Assembly: GCF_001194135.2 (NCBI RefSeq) | Contig: NC_068981.1 | Span: 41,693,937-41,732,552, forward strand | Source of the DNA: Octopus bimaculoides | Lineage: Eukaryota | DNA length: 38,616 nucleotides | Direction of reading: 5' to 3' | In this document: in pieces, positions 11,761 to 22,447 of the stretch | Layout of the letters: each line of letters starts with the position of its first letter | Numbering within the stretch: the first letter of the stretch is position 1 | Position numbers and translations under genes: made by a program | Notes under the pieces: model-generated | Seen by the model: only the letters and a program-made list of their open reading frames with translations | Told to the model about the DNA's origin: nothing | The model's database searches: none

Positions 11761-11844
11761 GAAAAGACTTGAGCGACATTCTCTAATGACGACATGATAA
11801 ATAATAGGAAGAGGAGAAGCAGCCATTAACAACGACATTCTCTT

Positions 11845-12111
11845 ATCTGTTCTATATTTAAGAGATGAGGAATTATGTACATTATTTACATTATTTACAA
11901 TTGACAGATATTTGTCCTCATCTTGTTTGTTGTTAACACAACGTTTCGGCTGATATACCCTCCAGCCTTCATCAGGTGTCTTGGAGAAATTTCGAACCTG
12001 GGTTCTCATTCCTAAGGTATTTTTCAATGTTGTTATTATTGTTATTATTCAGGTCACTGCCTGGAATCGAACTCGGAATCTTGGGGTTAGTAGCCCGTGC
12101 TCTTAACCACT
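11845..12111 (-). mobile_element. tRNA-headed SINE-like element with hammerhead-bearing tail (5'-truncated, A box incomplete)
   Basis: Minus strand reads AGTGGTTAAGAGCACGGGCTACTAACCCCAAGATTCCGAGTTCGATTCC (B box), then an (AAT)n linker, the HHR and (GTAAATAAT)n. Confidence 0.8.
11935..11980 (-). ncRNA. Minimal type-I hammerhead ribozyme motif (intact core)
   Basis: GACAC-CUGAUGA-A-GGCUG(gaggguauau)CAGCC-GAAAC-GUU/GUGUU. Stem I GACAC:GUGUU, 5-bp stem II, conserved core, loopless palindromic stem III (AC/GU). Predicted cleavage after GUU, between 11940 and 11939. Confidence 0.75.
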
Positions 12112-12350
12112 GACAATGGCGTAGTGGTTAAGAGTGCAGACTACTAACCCCAAGATTCCGAGTTCGATTCCAGGCAGTGACCTGAATAATAGTAATAATA
12201 ATAATGACAACATCGAAAAATACCTTAGGAATGAGAACCCAGGTTCGAAATTTCTCCAAGACACCTGATGAAAGCTGGAGGGTATATCAGCCGAAACGTT
12301 GTGTTAACAAACAAGATGAGGACAAATATCCATCAATTATAAATAATGCA
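12112..12350 (+). mobile_element. tRNA-headed SINE-like element with hammerhead-bearing tail (intact A and B boxes)
   Basis: A box TGGCGTAGTGG (12117-12127), B box GAGTTCGATTCC (12160-12171). About 90% identical by eye to the reverse complement of 11889-12111. Confidence 0.8.
12260..12305 (+). ncRNA. Minimal hammerhead ribozyme motif with a mismatch at the base of stem II
   Basis: GACAC-CTGATGA-A-AGCTG(gagggtatat)CAGCC-GAAAC-GTT/GTGTT; G10.1 is A here, unlike the minus copy. Confidence 0.6.
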
Positions 12351-14001
12351 TTCTCTAATCTCTCTTGATTTGTCTCCTTCCTTAAGGACAGCAAGTAAGG
12401 TTTTAATGAAGCCAGACCTACTGGCCACCTACTCTCCTATATTATTCATCAGTAGACTCTAGCTCTTAAGAAATTTACTGAAAGCCATGTTGTTGCTTTC
12501 AACATGAGCCTTCTTATCCTAGCTGCTTGTCTTTGGGCTTCATTCATATCTCATCTCTTGGATCAATGACTTCTTGTAAGATCACACTATTTAAAAGGTA
12601 TGCCATTGATGCTCTCTCTCTGGCCAACTCTTGTGTGCACCAGAATTTAGTTTTGATCCCCTGCAGTTTTCTTCTTATACATCAACAACGTACTTTTTAT
12701 CACTTCCAACAATACTCACTTCTACATACATCATTGATACGTTCCTTTACACCAGATCTGCATAGGTGCCATAAAAAGAGATATCTATGAAAACATCCTC
12801 CAGTATGGTTATGCTAATCTTGTCCACTTTAACAGTGAAAAGACCCAATCACTTCACATATCAAGAAAATACAACACTCCTTAAACATGAGCAGCACGCA
12901 ACTAGAACCCTTGTAATTGCTTCAAAACCCTTGTGATTGCTTCCTAACAAATGCACATCACAAAAACTGGCCTTTCTCTTTAGGGCCAGAAAATACTTCA
13001 ACCTCTTGTACTAATGCTATACAAAACTTAGGTAAGACTCACAATGGAAGACTGCTTCCACATTTAGGATGGTACAGTTACTACCCATACAGATATCCAT
13101 GATCAACCACATCCAGAGAAATGTCATTAGACTGATTGGCATGAAGTTGCTCACATATGCCAACCTCTTCTCCATAGACATTCTTCTTTCTGTACATTTT
13201 CTACTGCTGTAACAATGGCCTCTACTCTTTGAACATGGCTGGTCTTGGGCCAAGTCCTCTCAAGTACTTTCAGTTTACTTCTCCCGCCTCTCATCGTCCA
13301 TATTGTATCTAACTGCTAGATCATACACTAATCACAACACAACCTACATTCTTCTCAGTATGTCAACACTCTGTACTTTTGTCCTTTTATATGTTTTTCC
13401 TGCAATTATTAAATTGCAGCAATTAAAATGGAATGTTAACAGTATCGATNNNNNNNNNNNNNNNNNNNNNNNNNNNNNNNNNNNNNNNNNNNNNNNNNNN
13501 NNNNNNNNNNNNNNNNNNNNNNNNNNNNNNNNNNNNNNNNNNNNNNNNNNNNNNNNNNNNNNNNNNNNNNNNNNNNNNNNNNNNNNNNNNNNNNNNNNNN
13601 NNNNNNNNNNNNNNNNNNNNNNNNNNNNNNNNNNNNNNNNNNNNNNNNNNNNNNNNNNNNNNNNNNNNNNNNNNNNNNNNNNNNNNNNNNNNNNNNNNNN
13701 NNNNNNNNNNNNNNNNNNNNNNNNNNNNNNNNNNNNNNNNNNNNNNNNNNNNNNNNNNNNNNNNNNNNNNNNNNNNNNNNNNNNNNNNNNNNNNNNNNNN
13801 NNNNNNNNNNNNNNNNNNNNNNNNNNNNNNNNNNNNNNNNNNNNNNNNNNNNNNNNNNNNNNNNNNNNNNNNNNNNNNNNNNNNNNNNNNNNNNNNNNNN
13901 NNNNNNNNNNNNNNNNNNNNNNNNNNNNNNNNNNNNNNNNNNNNNNNNNNNNNNNNNNNNNNNNNNNNNNNNNNNNNNNNNNNNNNNNNNNNNNNNNNNN
14001 N

Positions 14002-14046
<45 letters not shown>

Positions 14047-14079
14047 CTGAGTCATGAGTCTTGTATCACTGAGACACCC

Positions 14080-14540
14080 ACCTCCTGAGAGGTTCCACCA
14101 TGCTATCTGTGCACCATATTAAATATCCACTGGAGTGACTAGGTCACAAGCACAGGGATCTTCAAGAAACCCAAAACCACCAATATCAAGGCCATTTTTA
14201 TGAATACACAGCGGTGCTGGGTGGAGCATGTCTCCAGAGTGATGGATCATCGCCTACCAAAAGATCTACAGAGAATTGTCATCTGGTTATTGAAACAGTG
14301 GTGTGTCCAAGAAGTGGTTCACAGACATGCTAAAAAGGACCCTGAAAGTTTGTAACATCAACCTCCACTTGTGGACCACCCAAACTGCTGGTCACAATGT
14401 TTGGTGTCACACTATCCATCAGGTTACCAGTGCATTTAAGGCAAAGTGTTGTGTCAACTGGAGGACCAGAGAATCCAGCAGAAGAACTGTATTAGGGCAG
14501 AGCCAAACATAACACAGACATTTCCCTGTATCAAAGTCAT
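14080..14540 (+). mobile_element. RTE/BovB-like LINE 3' coding fragment
   Basis: Decayed translations ILNIHWSD, NTQRCWVEHVSR (cf. QLRWAGHVSR) and KKWFTDMLKRTLKVCNI...WCHTIHQ. Confidence 0.75.
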
Positions 14541-14554
14541 CACCAAGTCATCCA

Positions 14555-15118
14555 ATATGGTTGCACCTCAGTGGAGAGCAAAGCATGCTCAGGCAAGACA
14601 TCCACAAGCCAAAATGAGGAGCCAATTGAGAAGGTTCAGTGAACAGTCATGGAAGACTGTCATATAACAATCTAGGAAATTACACAGAAAGTGGGAATAA
14701 TCATATTCCATTTGAATGGAGGATTTGTGCATACAGAGAGTATTGGCAAAAAAATAAAGTCGGACACTTTTTAAACACACCACATAATCCAAACTTTCCT
14801 GGTCAAGAACAACTCGCTACTTGTTCAACAGGCTCCCTACTTTCCCACCTTGGCACCATGTAACTTCTGGCTCTAAAAAGGTCTGGAACCAAGCTGAAAA
14901 CCACACAGAAAGGGAAGCAATTTGATTCATGAGAGGAAATTATGACAAAAGTGACAGCAGAACTCCACAGCATTCCAGAGAAGACATTCCTAAGGTGGGA
15001 GAAGTGTGTGAACTCCCAAGAGTAGTTCTTTGAAGGTGGTTAAATGAAATTTGTAATATGCGCAAAATTGTTTTTTTATGCTCAAAGGTTGAACACATAT
15101 TTTTTTAACACATCTCAT
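14555..15118 (+). mobile_element. Internally deleted mariner element with 3' TIR
   Basis: GCTSVESKACSGKTSTSQNEE (GRTS..RSGRPST motif), QAPYFPTLAPCNFWL (YSPDLAPxD motif), RWEKCV...FEG, terminal TTTTTAACACATCTCATA. Confidence 0.85.
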
Positions 15119-15274
15119 ATATTTATATACAAGGTGTGTTCATCATTTAACATCCCTTTTCCCATGCTGTAAAACTGTTTTCCCAGTGAAAACATGCAAT
15201 GCAATATGAAAGCTTCCTCCAAATTAATATTTCATTTTAAAAGGTGTAAAGATTTTTAAAGCATGCACTCATTC

Positions 15275-15319
<45 letters not shown>

Positions 15320-15402
15320 CTAAGCTTTGCCAAAGCATATTAATCCTTTTGACTCATTTAAACAGAGCATTATGGATATGATATTCATATCTTTTATCTT
15401 TT

Positions 15403-16406
15403 TGTAAGGACCGTGTGATGTGAAGTGATAAGAATGGCTCTTTAGTACATCACACGGTCGATACAATAAATTTAAATTGAATGGTACATATAAGTGCCAG
15501 AGGGAAAAAAGACACAACCACGTAGAATTATTAAGAGTAGATTTATTGATATAATAACATGTGTGTCTGTGAGTCCATCATGTATACAGAATGATAGACA
15601 GGCCGTCATAAGAACAAATGTATGTGTATGTGTAAGCATAGATGTATGCCTGTGTTAAGAACATATAAGAATGACAATGAAGAAACAGTGAAAGAGTTTA
15701 TAGCTAGCGAAATGAGAAGTAAGTTTATATACACAAGAAAGAGAATATCAATTCGTAGTCAATTGTACACGGTAGTTGAAATACTGTATCAAGAAGTTGC
15801 AGCCATGATGCTGAGCCAGTTACTGGTACAGGTCATATGTGAAGTCTTGGCTGTGATGCTGCTGCCTGGGTCACTTGATACAAGAGTTCATGCATATTCA
15901 CTGTATATTCACTGTTGATCCATGGTGAAGTTATTCATGAACAGTGAAATGTTGGAACCTGAGTGAGTTGCCTGTTGAGCTGTGTACATAGAGAGATGAT
16001 GTTGATGACGTTAAGGACATGATGGTGGCGACAAACATGGAGGTTTCCATAATGCTGTTGAACGAAGTTAGTTGGTCTCAACGTAGCTACTGTGGTGTTG
16101 TCGCTGAAATTGATTGTGTCTTCATTGTCAGTGGCTAGACCTTAAAAGGTCTGGAACCAAAAGACTTCAAAAGGAGGAGTAGGTAAGTTCTTATAAGGAA
16201 CAGTAGGTTCAAATGGGGTCATGAACAGGTTGTCCTACATGTTCTTAATTATACGCAGCTAATTGATGCAATCGAGTAAGAGACAAATTGCACTAATACC
16301 AACCAATGGGATCCAAATAGCGGCCAAAGGCTAGCTATTACCTGCTACGTTTGAATGCACTTATATATAAGGGGGAGAGAGGAATATTATTCGAGTGTAC
16401 ACTACA
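15403..16406 (-). mobile_element. Probable solo LTR (about 1 kb)
   Basis: TGTA...TACA termini, TTTT on both flanks (possible 4-bp TSD but inside poly-T), minus-strand AATAAA near 15541-15546, distinct composition. Confidence 0.45.
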
Positions 16407-16419
16407 TTTTTCTTGTATT

Positions 16420-16590
16420 AGTCATAGGACTGAAGCACCATCTTGGAAGGTTTAATCAAACAAATCAACTCCTGGACTTAATATTTTTAATCTAGTGCTT
16501 ATTCTTTTAGTCTTTTTTGTTAAACAGCTAAATTACAGGGATGTATTCAAACCAAAACTGGTTGTCAAGCAGTAGTAGTGGGGACAAGCA
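16420..16590 (-). mobile_element. Diverged SINE 3' half
   Basis: GCTTATTCT, GCTAAATTACAGGGA and GGTTGTCAAGC blocks match 20270-20345. Confidence 0.5.
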
Positions 16591-16822
16591 TATAGAGAAT
16601 GTCCCCGTTATTGACAACATATACAAGCATCAACACAAGGAATCCATATTCATACCAATAATAAGTGGAGCATTAGGTTTTGTTAGTAAATGCTTAACGG
16701 AGAATCTGGATAAACTTGGATTTTCAGAAAGAGCAACTGACCAGCTAATTCGTACATTACAAGTGCAATCTGTGAGTAGAACAGTAAAAATATGTAAGAC
16801 TTTTCTCAAGTTCCATATGTGA
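16590..16822 (+). mobile_element. R4/Dong-like (RLE) non-LTR retrotransposon C-terminal fragment
   Basis: FIPIISGALGFVSKCLTENLDKLGFSE...LQVQSVSRTVKICKTFLKF; a homologous decayed copy lies at 19220-19370. Confidence 0.7.
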
Positions 16823-17646
16823 ATTTGTCTGTGTTAACTACATCCCAAAGACTTGTATCTTTTTAGGAAACCGACTCCCTCCTCAGTGGAAGATTTATAA
16901 TAATTAAAAAATAGAAGAGACATACAGACATACATAAATACACAAAAGAAGGATGATGAAGCTAAATTTAAGGATGCTTCAGTTCACAGATTACATAATG
17001 CAAGATCAAGATGAGCCATCATAGCAAAATGGATGTTATATCCATGCCATCATAGCAAAATGGATGTTATATAACAATAAAGACTAAAATAATGGTGGTG
17101 GTGGTGACTGTATATTCAGGATTAAGCAAAATAACTGGTTACACAATGATAGTGGATAAAAACAGATTACTAATTATATGTCTGTACTCATTTTCAAAAG
17201 GTATGTTTTCTGAACAGTCTAGGTATTCCCAACATACCCACAAATATCAGGGAAGTAAACATTTATTATTTATTTGTTGCTGAGTTCAGCTTGTTGGCAT
17301 AAACATTGATATATGATGTTAAGTGCATTACAGTATCTCTCTTTATTTAGAGTTTAAATCCCTAAAGTCTCAACTTTAACTTTTCTCATTCTAGGAATGA
17401 TAAAATATATACCAGTAATGTAATGAGGCCGATTGAATTAATAATAATATCACTCCATGAAAAATTAGTCTTGTGACTAGACAAAAGAAACTATTATTTT
17501 TTGTAAGGATATATTCATATATGTTTCTAATTCATAATAAATTCTAAAATACCTTACATGTATTAACATGCATTTGTAACCAGAAATTTTATTTACAAAT
17601 AATTGTTGTTGAGCTAACCTGTCACCATTCTCCTTGAGTCAAATGG

Positions 17647-17734
17647 TTAGACAATAGAACATAACTTTGGATTTATTGCTTGTTTGCTTTGTATTTCATA
17701 TCCACTCGCAATAAAAGCATGCTCTTCCTTCAGT
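17647..17734 (-). CDS. Candidate terminal coding exon ending in a CaaX-like CSIV-stop
   Basis: Acceptor CTGTTCTTGTCTAAATAG, phase-2 start, LKEEHAFIASGYEIQSKQAINPKLCSIV*, AATAAA at 17588-17593(-). Phase-compatible with 19606-19650. Confidence 0.35.
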
Positions 17735-17948
17735 CTATTTAGACAAGAACAGTTTTACCTTTCTTCCACATATTTGTATTATTTGTATTATAAACACAGT
17801 AAATTTCCTTTAAATACAAAGTACTTATTTTACAAAAAGTTATTTAAGTTTGGCTTATGATGTTTTGTACACTATGTACCATATTTCAATGTCTATGAAG
17901 TATTCCAACTCCTCAAAATATTATGTCACCCAAATCTTCTAACTCAAA

Positions 17949-18019
17949 CATACATACATGCCTACATACATACATACATACATACATACATACATACATA
18001 CATACATACATACATACAT
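17949..18019. repeat. (CATA)n microsatellite
   Basis: Visible tetranucleotide run. Confidence 0.95.
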
Positions 18020-19370
18020 GCTCTACTTATGAAGAGATAAAGGTGGTTGAGGCTTGAAATCAATGCAAACAGTCTTTGAATGTTGCATAGTTTCTCTCTC
18101 AGACAGCACTTGCTAAACAACAGCTGCAACAATAAATGCATTAACATAGTTCTGAAAAGTGAAGTGAACAATATCCTATGTCGCCAGTGAGCTCCTCAAG
18201 GAACATTCTCTTCCTGATGACCTTCCATATAACCCCCGAAAAGGTAAACAAACAAATCTTAAAAAAGACTTGAGTATGAAATATTCAGCATACCAAAAAA
18301 ATAAAAGACCATGTATAGGTATGTTTCCCAAAGCCTTGAAGAAGACAGTAATATTCTTTTCTACTCTAGGCCCAAGAAATTTGGGGGGAGGGGGGGCCAG
18401 TCAATTAGATTGACCCCAGTATGCAACTGGTACTTAATTTATCAACCCTGAAAGGATTAAAGGCAAAGTCGACCTCAGCAAAATTTGAACTCAGAACATA
18501 AAGACAGATGAAATACCAGTAAGCATTTTTCCCGGTGTGCTAACGTTTTTGCCAGCTCGCCACCTTTTATAGATATTCTTTTCTACTGTAGGCACAGGGC
18601 CTGAAATTTTGGGGGAGGGGGCCAGTCAATTAGATCGACCTCAGTACACAACTGGTAAGAAGACAGTAATATTGACATGAATCAAAGCTTCTTTTGGGTT
18701 CACCACTGCTACATCACATTAAACTTTGAAGGCTGTGCATTTGTATTCCAAGAACAGGAGATTGCTACTAAATGCCAAATTAACAAAAGACAGTGAAGCC
18801 TTTGGAGCTTCAAGATGCAACTGAAAATGTAGATTATGTCATATTTCTGTGGAAGGCATCATACATGCCATCAAGGTACTGCTTCCTTATGTGACACAAT
18901 GTTATCACAAAAACTATATACAATGCCATTTGGTAAAAAGGCAGTTCTGGAATAAATATCGAGAATCCCCCTATTATTGAATACATGCATACACAAATAG
19001 CAACACAAGGAATACTGGTGGAACATTTCCATTAAAATACCTGTCAAATGTAAACACATCAGGTTGGGTCTTGAGTTTTGAGACAGACAAGGAAAAGTAT
19101 GTACTGTCATAGATGTCAGCTGTTCTACTGATATGAATTTCTCTTTCAAAATCAAAGAGGAAGATGATAACTAAAGACAACTGCTTCAAAACCTCCAGCT
19201 TCTATATCTAGATTATAATTTCACATTTATATCAATAATAATTGGTGCACTTGGTTTTATGAGTGAGAATTTGGATAAGTTTGGATTTTCAGAAAAAGAA
19301 ATCAACCAACATACTCATTCATCACAAATACAATATGTAAACATGCAACACTTTTCTCAAGTTTAAAATG
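18020..19370 (+). mobile_element. Decayed R4/Dong-like non-LTR retrotransposon 3' part, interrupted by a SINE insertion
   Basis: LYL*RDKGG*GLKS (LYLPRxxGGRGL motif), FEGCAFVFQEQEIATK, HNVITKTIYN, EYWWNISIK, VCTVIDVSC and FISIIIGALG (RLE domain). Confidence 0.8.
18356..18656 (-). mobile_element. tRNA-derived SINE (full copy 18356-18564) fused to the 3' fragment of a second copy (18572-18656), flanked by a 17-bp TSD
   Basis: A box TGGCGAGCTGG, B box GAGTTCAAATT. AAGAAGACAGTAATATT occurs at 18339-18355 and 18657-18673. Confidence 0.85.
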
Positions 19371-19605
19371 TGACATTATTTTAGTCACATTCTATATTTC
19401 CATTTACCAAATTCCACTCACAAAGTTTTGTTCAATCCAAGGCTGTGACCAAGGAAACTTGCTCAAATTTCATGCAATTGCATTGAACCTTCAAACTATA
19501 GGGCTGTGGAACAAACATCTTACCAACACAGCTATGCCAGCACTTTTAGCAAAGTCTGTTGCAAGTATTAATAGCACATCTCTGGTCTAAGAATAGCTTC
19601 CTTAC

Positions 19606-19650
19606 TTCTTCCAGTCATGGTGACTTTGGAAAGGGTCCTGGATTCCTCTT
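19606..19650 (-). CDS. Candidate 45-nt internal exon (RGIQDPFQSHHDWK in phase 2)
   Basis: Strong acceptor TTTTTTCTTTTCTGCTTACTCAG and donor GAA|GTAAGG; symmetric length; open in two frames. Confidence 0.4.
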
Positions 19651-20166
19651 CTGAGTAAGCAGAAAAGAAAAAAATGTTCTTTCCCAATTTAAGACTGTAG
19701 GATATATTTTGAGGAACATTTGGTCGTTATATTTAGGTGATCAAGTAACTACATAGAATCTCTTTTGTTGGTCTTGCTGTGGCTGTTATTGTTTTAATTC
19801 CTAGTCTTCGTCTTACTATCAAGCAGACTCATGACCATCCCATCTTTTTAGGAGTCTCTTGGACTGCGTATTCAATCTAAGATGGCAAAGTGTGATTTGA
19901 GGAAAATTTGCATGCTATTTCCAAGAGCTCAAGACTTGTACTTGTTTTTCAAGTAAAGCATTTTAATCCATAACTTTGCATGAACGGACAAGCAGCTGGA
20001 CTTTTTGTTCATGTAAGACATAAACGTTGTCACCATTGGCAGTGAAGTACTAATGCAAAGACACACACAACATGCACAACACACACAGACACATGCACAC
20101 ATGAGTGTGCACATATGCATATGTATACACACACACACACACACACAGGGTAACAGCAGAAGACAC

Positions 20167-20375
20167 CTCTTTTACTCTTTTACTTGTTTCAGTCATTTGA
20201 CCGTGGCCATGCTGGAGCACTGCCTTTAGTCAAGGAAATCAACCCCAGGACTTATTCTTTGTAAGCCTAGTACTTATTCTATCGGTCTCTTTTTGCCAAA
20301 CTGCTAAGTTACGGGGACGTAAACACATCAGCATCGGTCGTCAAGCGATGGTAGGGGGACAAACACAGACACACA

Positions 20376-20417
<42 letters not shown>

Positions 20418-20544
20418 TACGACGGGCTTCTTTCAGTTTCCATCTACTAAATCCACTCACAAGGCTTTGGTTGGCCCGAGGCTATAGTAGAAGACACTTG
20501 CCCAAGGTGCCACGCAGTGGGACTGAACCCGGAACCATGTGGTT
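20167..20544 (-). mobile_element. Young tRNA-derived SINE, 5'-truncated (same family as 6292-6697)
   Basis: Near-identical reverse complement of 6327-6691; A box missing. Confidence 0.9.
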
Positions 20545-21582
20545 AAAAATTATGAAACTGCAAAGCATATCACTTAACAACATAGCTATATTTGTGCCTT
20601 ATCGCCATACCTCACCTCACAGCCAGGGATGTTTCTGTCACTAAACACCTTAAACAAATATCATATGTTAAATACCACCTATTGTTTGGGTCTAGGTCAG
20701 TCATAATCAAGCAGACCTATGCTCAAAGGCACCCCAGCTGTGACATTCTCATATTTTTAGGTAGTATCTAGGACCGTAGAGTGTTGCCGAAGAGAGAACC
20801 TAGCTATCACTTCCAGCAAGAAATGCAGTTAAACAGAGGCTCTCCTGCCTCACTGGCTCATTTATCATGATGTAATTGCCATTATTGTTTATTATTGTTT
20901 GGTCTCAGATCAGCCCTGGTTAAGCAAATCTGTGATTAAAGTTATCCTATTCATAACCCATCTCACATTTTATGGGTTGTCTAAGACTATATTATTTAAT
21001 ATGTTCTTTCTTATTTAATGTAGTAGTGTGTAATTTAAAGGGCACTTGGCTATCATTTCTCAATTCAAGCGACCACCTAAGATTCTTTTATTAGCTTGAA
21101 TATAACTTTAAACGATAGATTTATATATANNNNNNNNNNNNNNNNNNNNNNNNNNNNNNNNNNNNNNNNNNNNNNNNNNNNNNNNNNNNNNNNNNNNNNN
21201 NNNNNNNNNNNNNNNNNNNNNNNNNNNNNNNNNNNNNNNNNNNNNNNNNNNNNNNNNNNNNNNNNNNNNNNNNNNNNNNNNNNATATATATAGATTTAAT
21301 CAAAAGATTAAATGAAGCTTGTACGAAACGTATGTACTGCTATAACCTAATACATTTTTGTTGCTTTTCTTCAAAGATATATATATATATATTAGCAATT
21401 AATAAGGGATTTCTCCAAACATTTACTGGTTTGCTCACAGTAAGGTTAGGTATTCAAAATAGTTTATTTATAAATCCAGTAATAATTCTTAATAGATAAG
21501 AATTCAAAGATATATTCCGTCGGATTATTCCAAATAGATCACCTTTAACCAGGTAGGTTTCCTGGAATATTTAATATAAATA

Positions 21583-22447
21583 ATAAAATGATAGGGATTA
21601 TGATGAAGTAGCACTAGCATTACCCTAATTCACATTTATATATAAATACAACCTCAAATACACCTACATATGTTTCAGCTGTATTGCTTAGTAACCATTG
21701 CAATTGAAACCTTACTATAGTACCAGTGCAGTTTCTGTAGGGTCTTTACGGTAATATCCTTTGAGATTTAATTAGTTTAAATTTTATGCTGATTTTAGTT
21801 GCATTCAACAAAGTAGAGTTGTATGTTTGTTCAGACGTGAACTATTTTCTATTCCAAGTATTGACTGGATAATCACTCATTTATCCCTTATAGTCAGTTA
21901 TTTGAAAAAATGTTGTTGTTTAAATATTTATAATTCTTTTATATTAAGCAAAGGTAAATTTTCTCATATGCAAGCATCTTAAAGTTTGTTCTTGTCTCGA
22001 AATTATTATATTATATTCTGATGTAAAAATGTGGTAAAATTCTTCTATACATAAATTACATTTATTAGTTCTTGGTCTGTAAGGTTTTGCACTGCTAATT
22101 AATTCCCAGTCGATAATATAATCTTTGTTTCTGTCTTTAAAAGACCAGGTTAACCTACTTAGACTTGTTTGGATTTTTTATTTTTATCTTCAAATGAATT
22201 TAAGTGATTAGCCAGTCTTTTTTTGAATGCAACTAAAATCAACATAAAATTTAACCAGTTAATTCTCAAAGGATATTACAGTGAAGACCCTGAAGAAACT
22301 GCACCAGTATTATAGTAAGGTTGAAATTGCAACAGTTACTAACCAATGCAATCAAAACATATGTAGGTCTACTTGAGGCTGCATTTATTTATAAATGTGA
22401 ATTAGAGGTAATGCTAATACTGCTTTGTCATAATCCTTATTATTATT
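21583..22447. repeat. Long inverted repeat, arms about 230 bp (21583-21813 and 22217-22447), spacer about 400 bp
   Basis: For example CCTTACTATAGTACCAGTGCAGTTTCTGTAGGGTCTTTACGGTAATATCCTTTGAGA versus the reverse complement of TCTCAAAGGATATTACAGTGAAGACCCTGAAGAAACTGCACCAGTATTATAGTAAGG; about 80% identical by eye. Confidence 0.85.

Noticed and set aside
12112-12180. tRNA gene (also 6294-6355, 18490-18564, 29586-29651)
   Set aside because: A/B boxes only; no acceptor stem or cloverleaf, and each continues into a repeated SINE body.
17015-17072. 27-bp direct repeat GCCATCATAGCAAAATGGATGTTATAT x2 (also a ~20-bp duplication at 2524-2562)
   Set aside because: Simple local tandem duplications; two units only, not a CRISPR-like array.
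18214-18241. CTGATGA...CGAAA
   Set aside because: No stem II pairing; lies inside LINE coding remnant.
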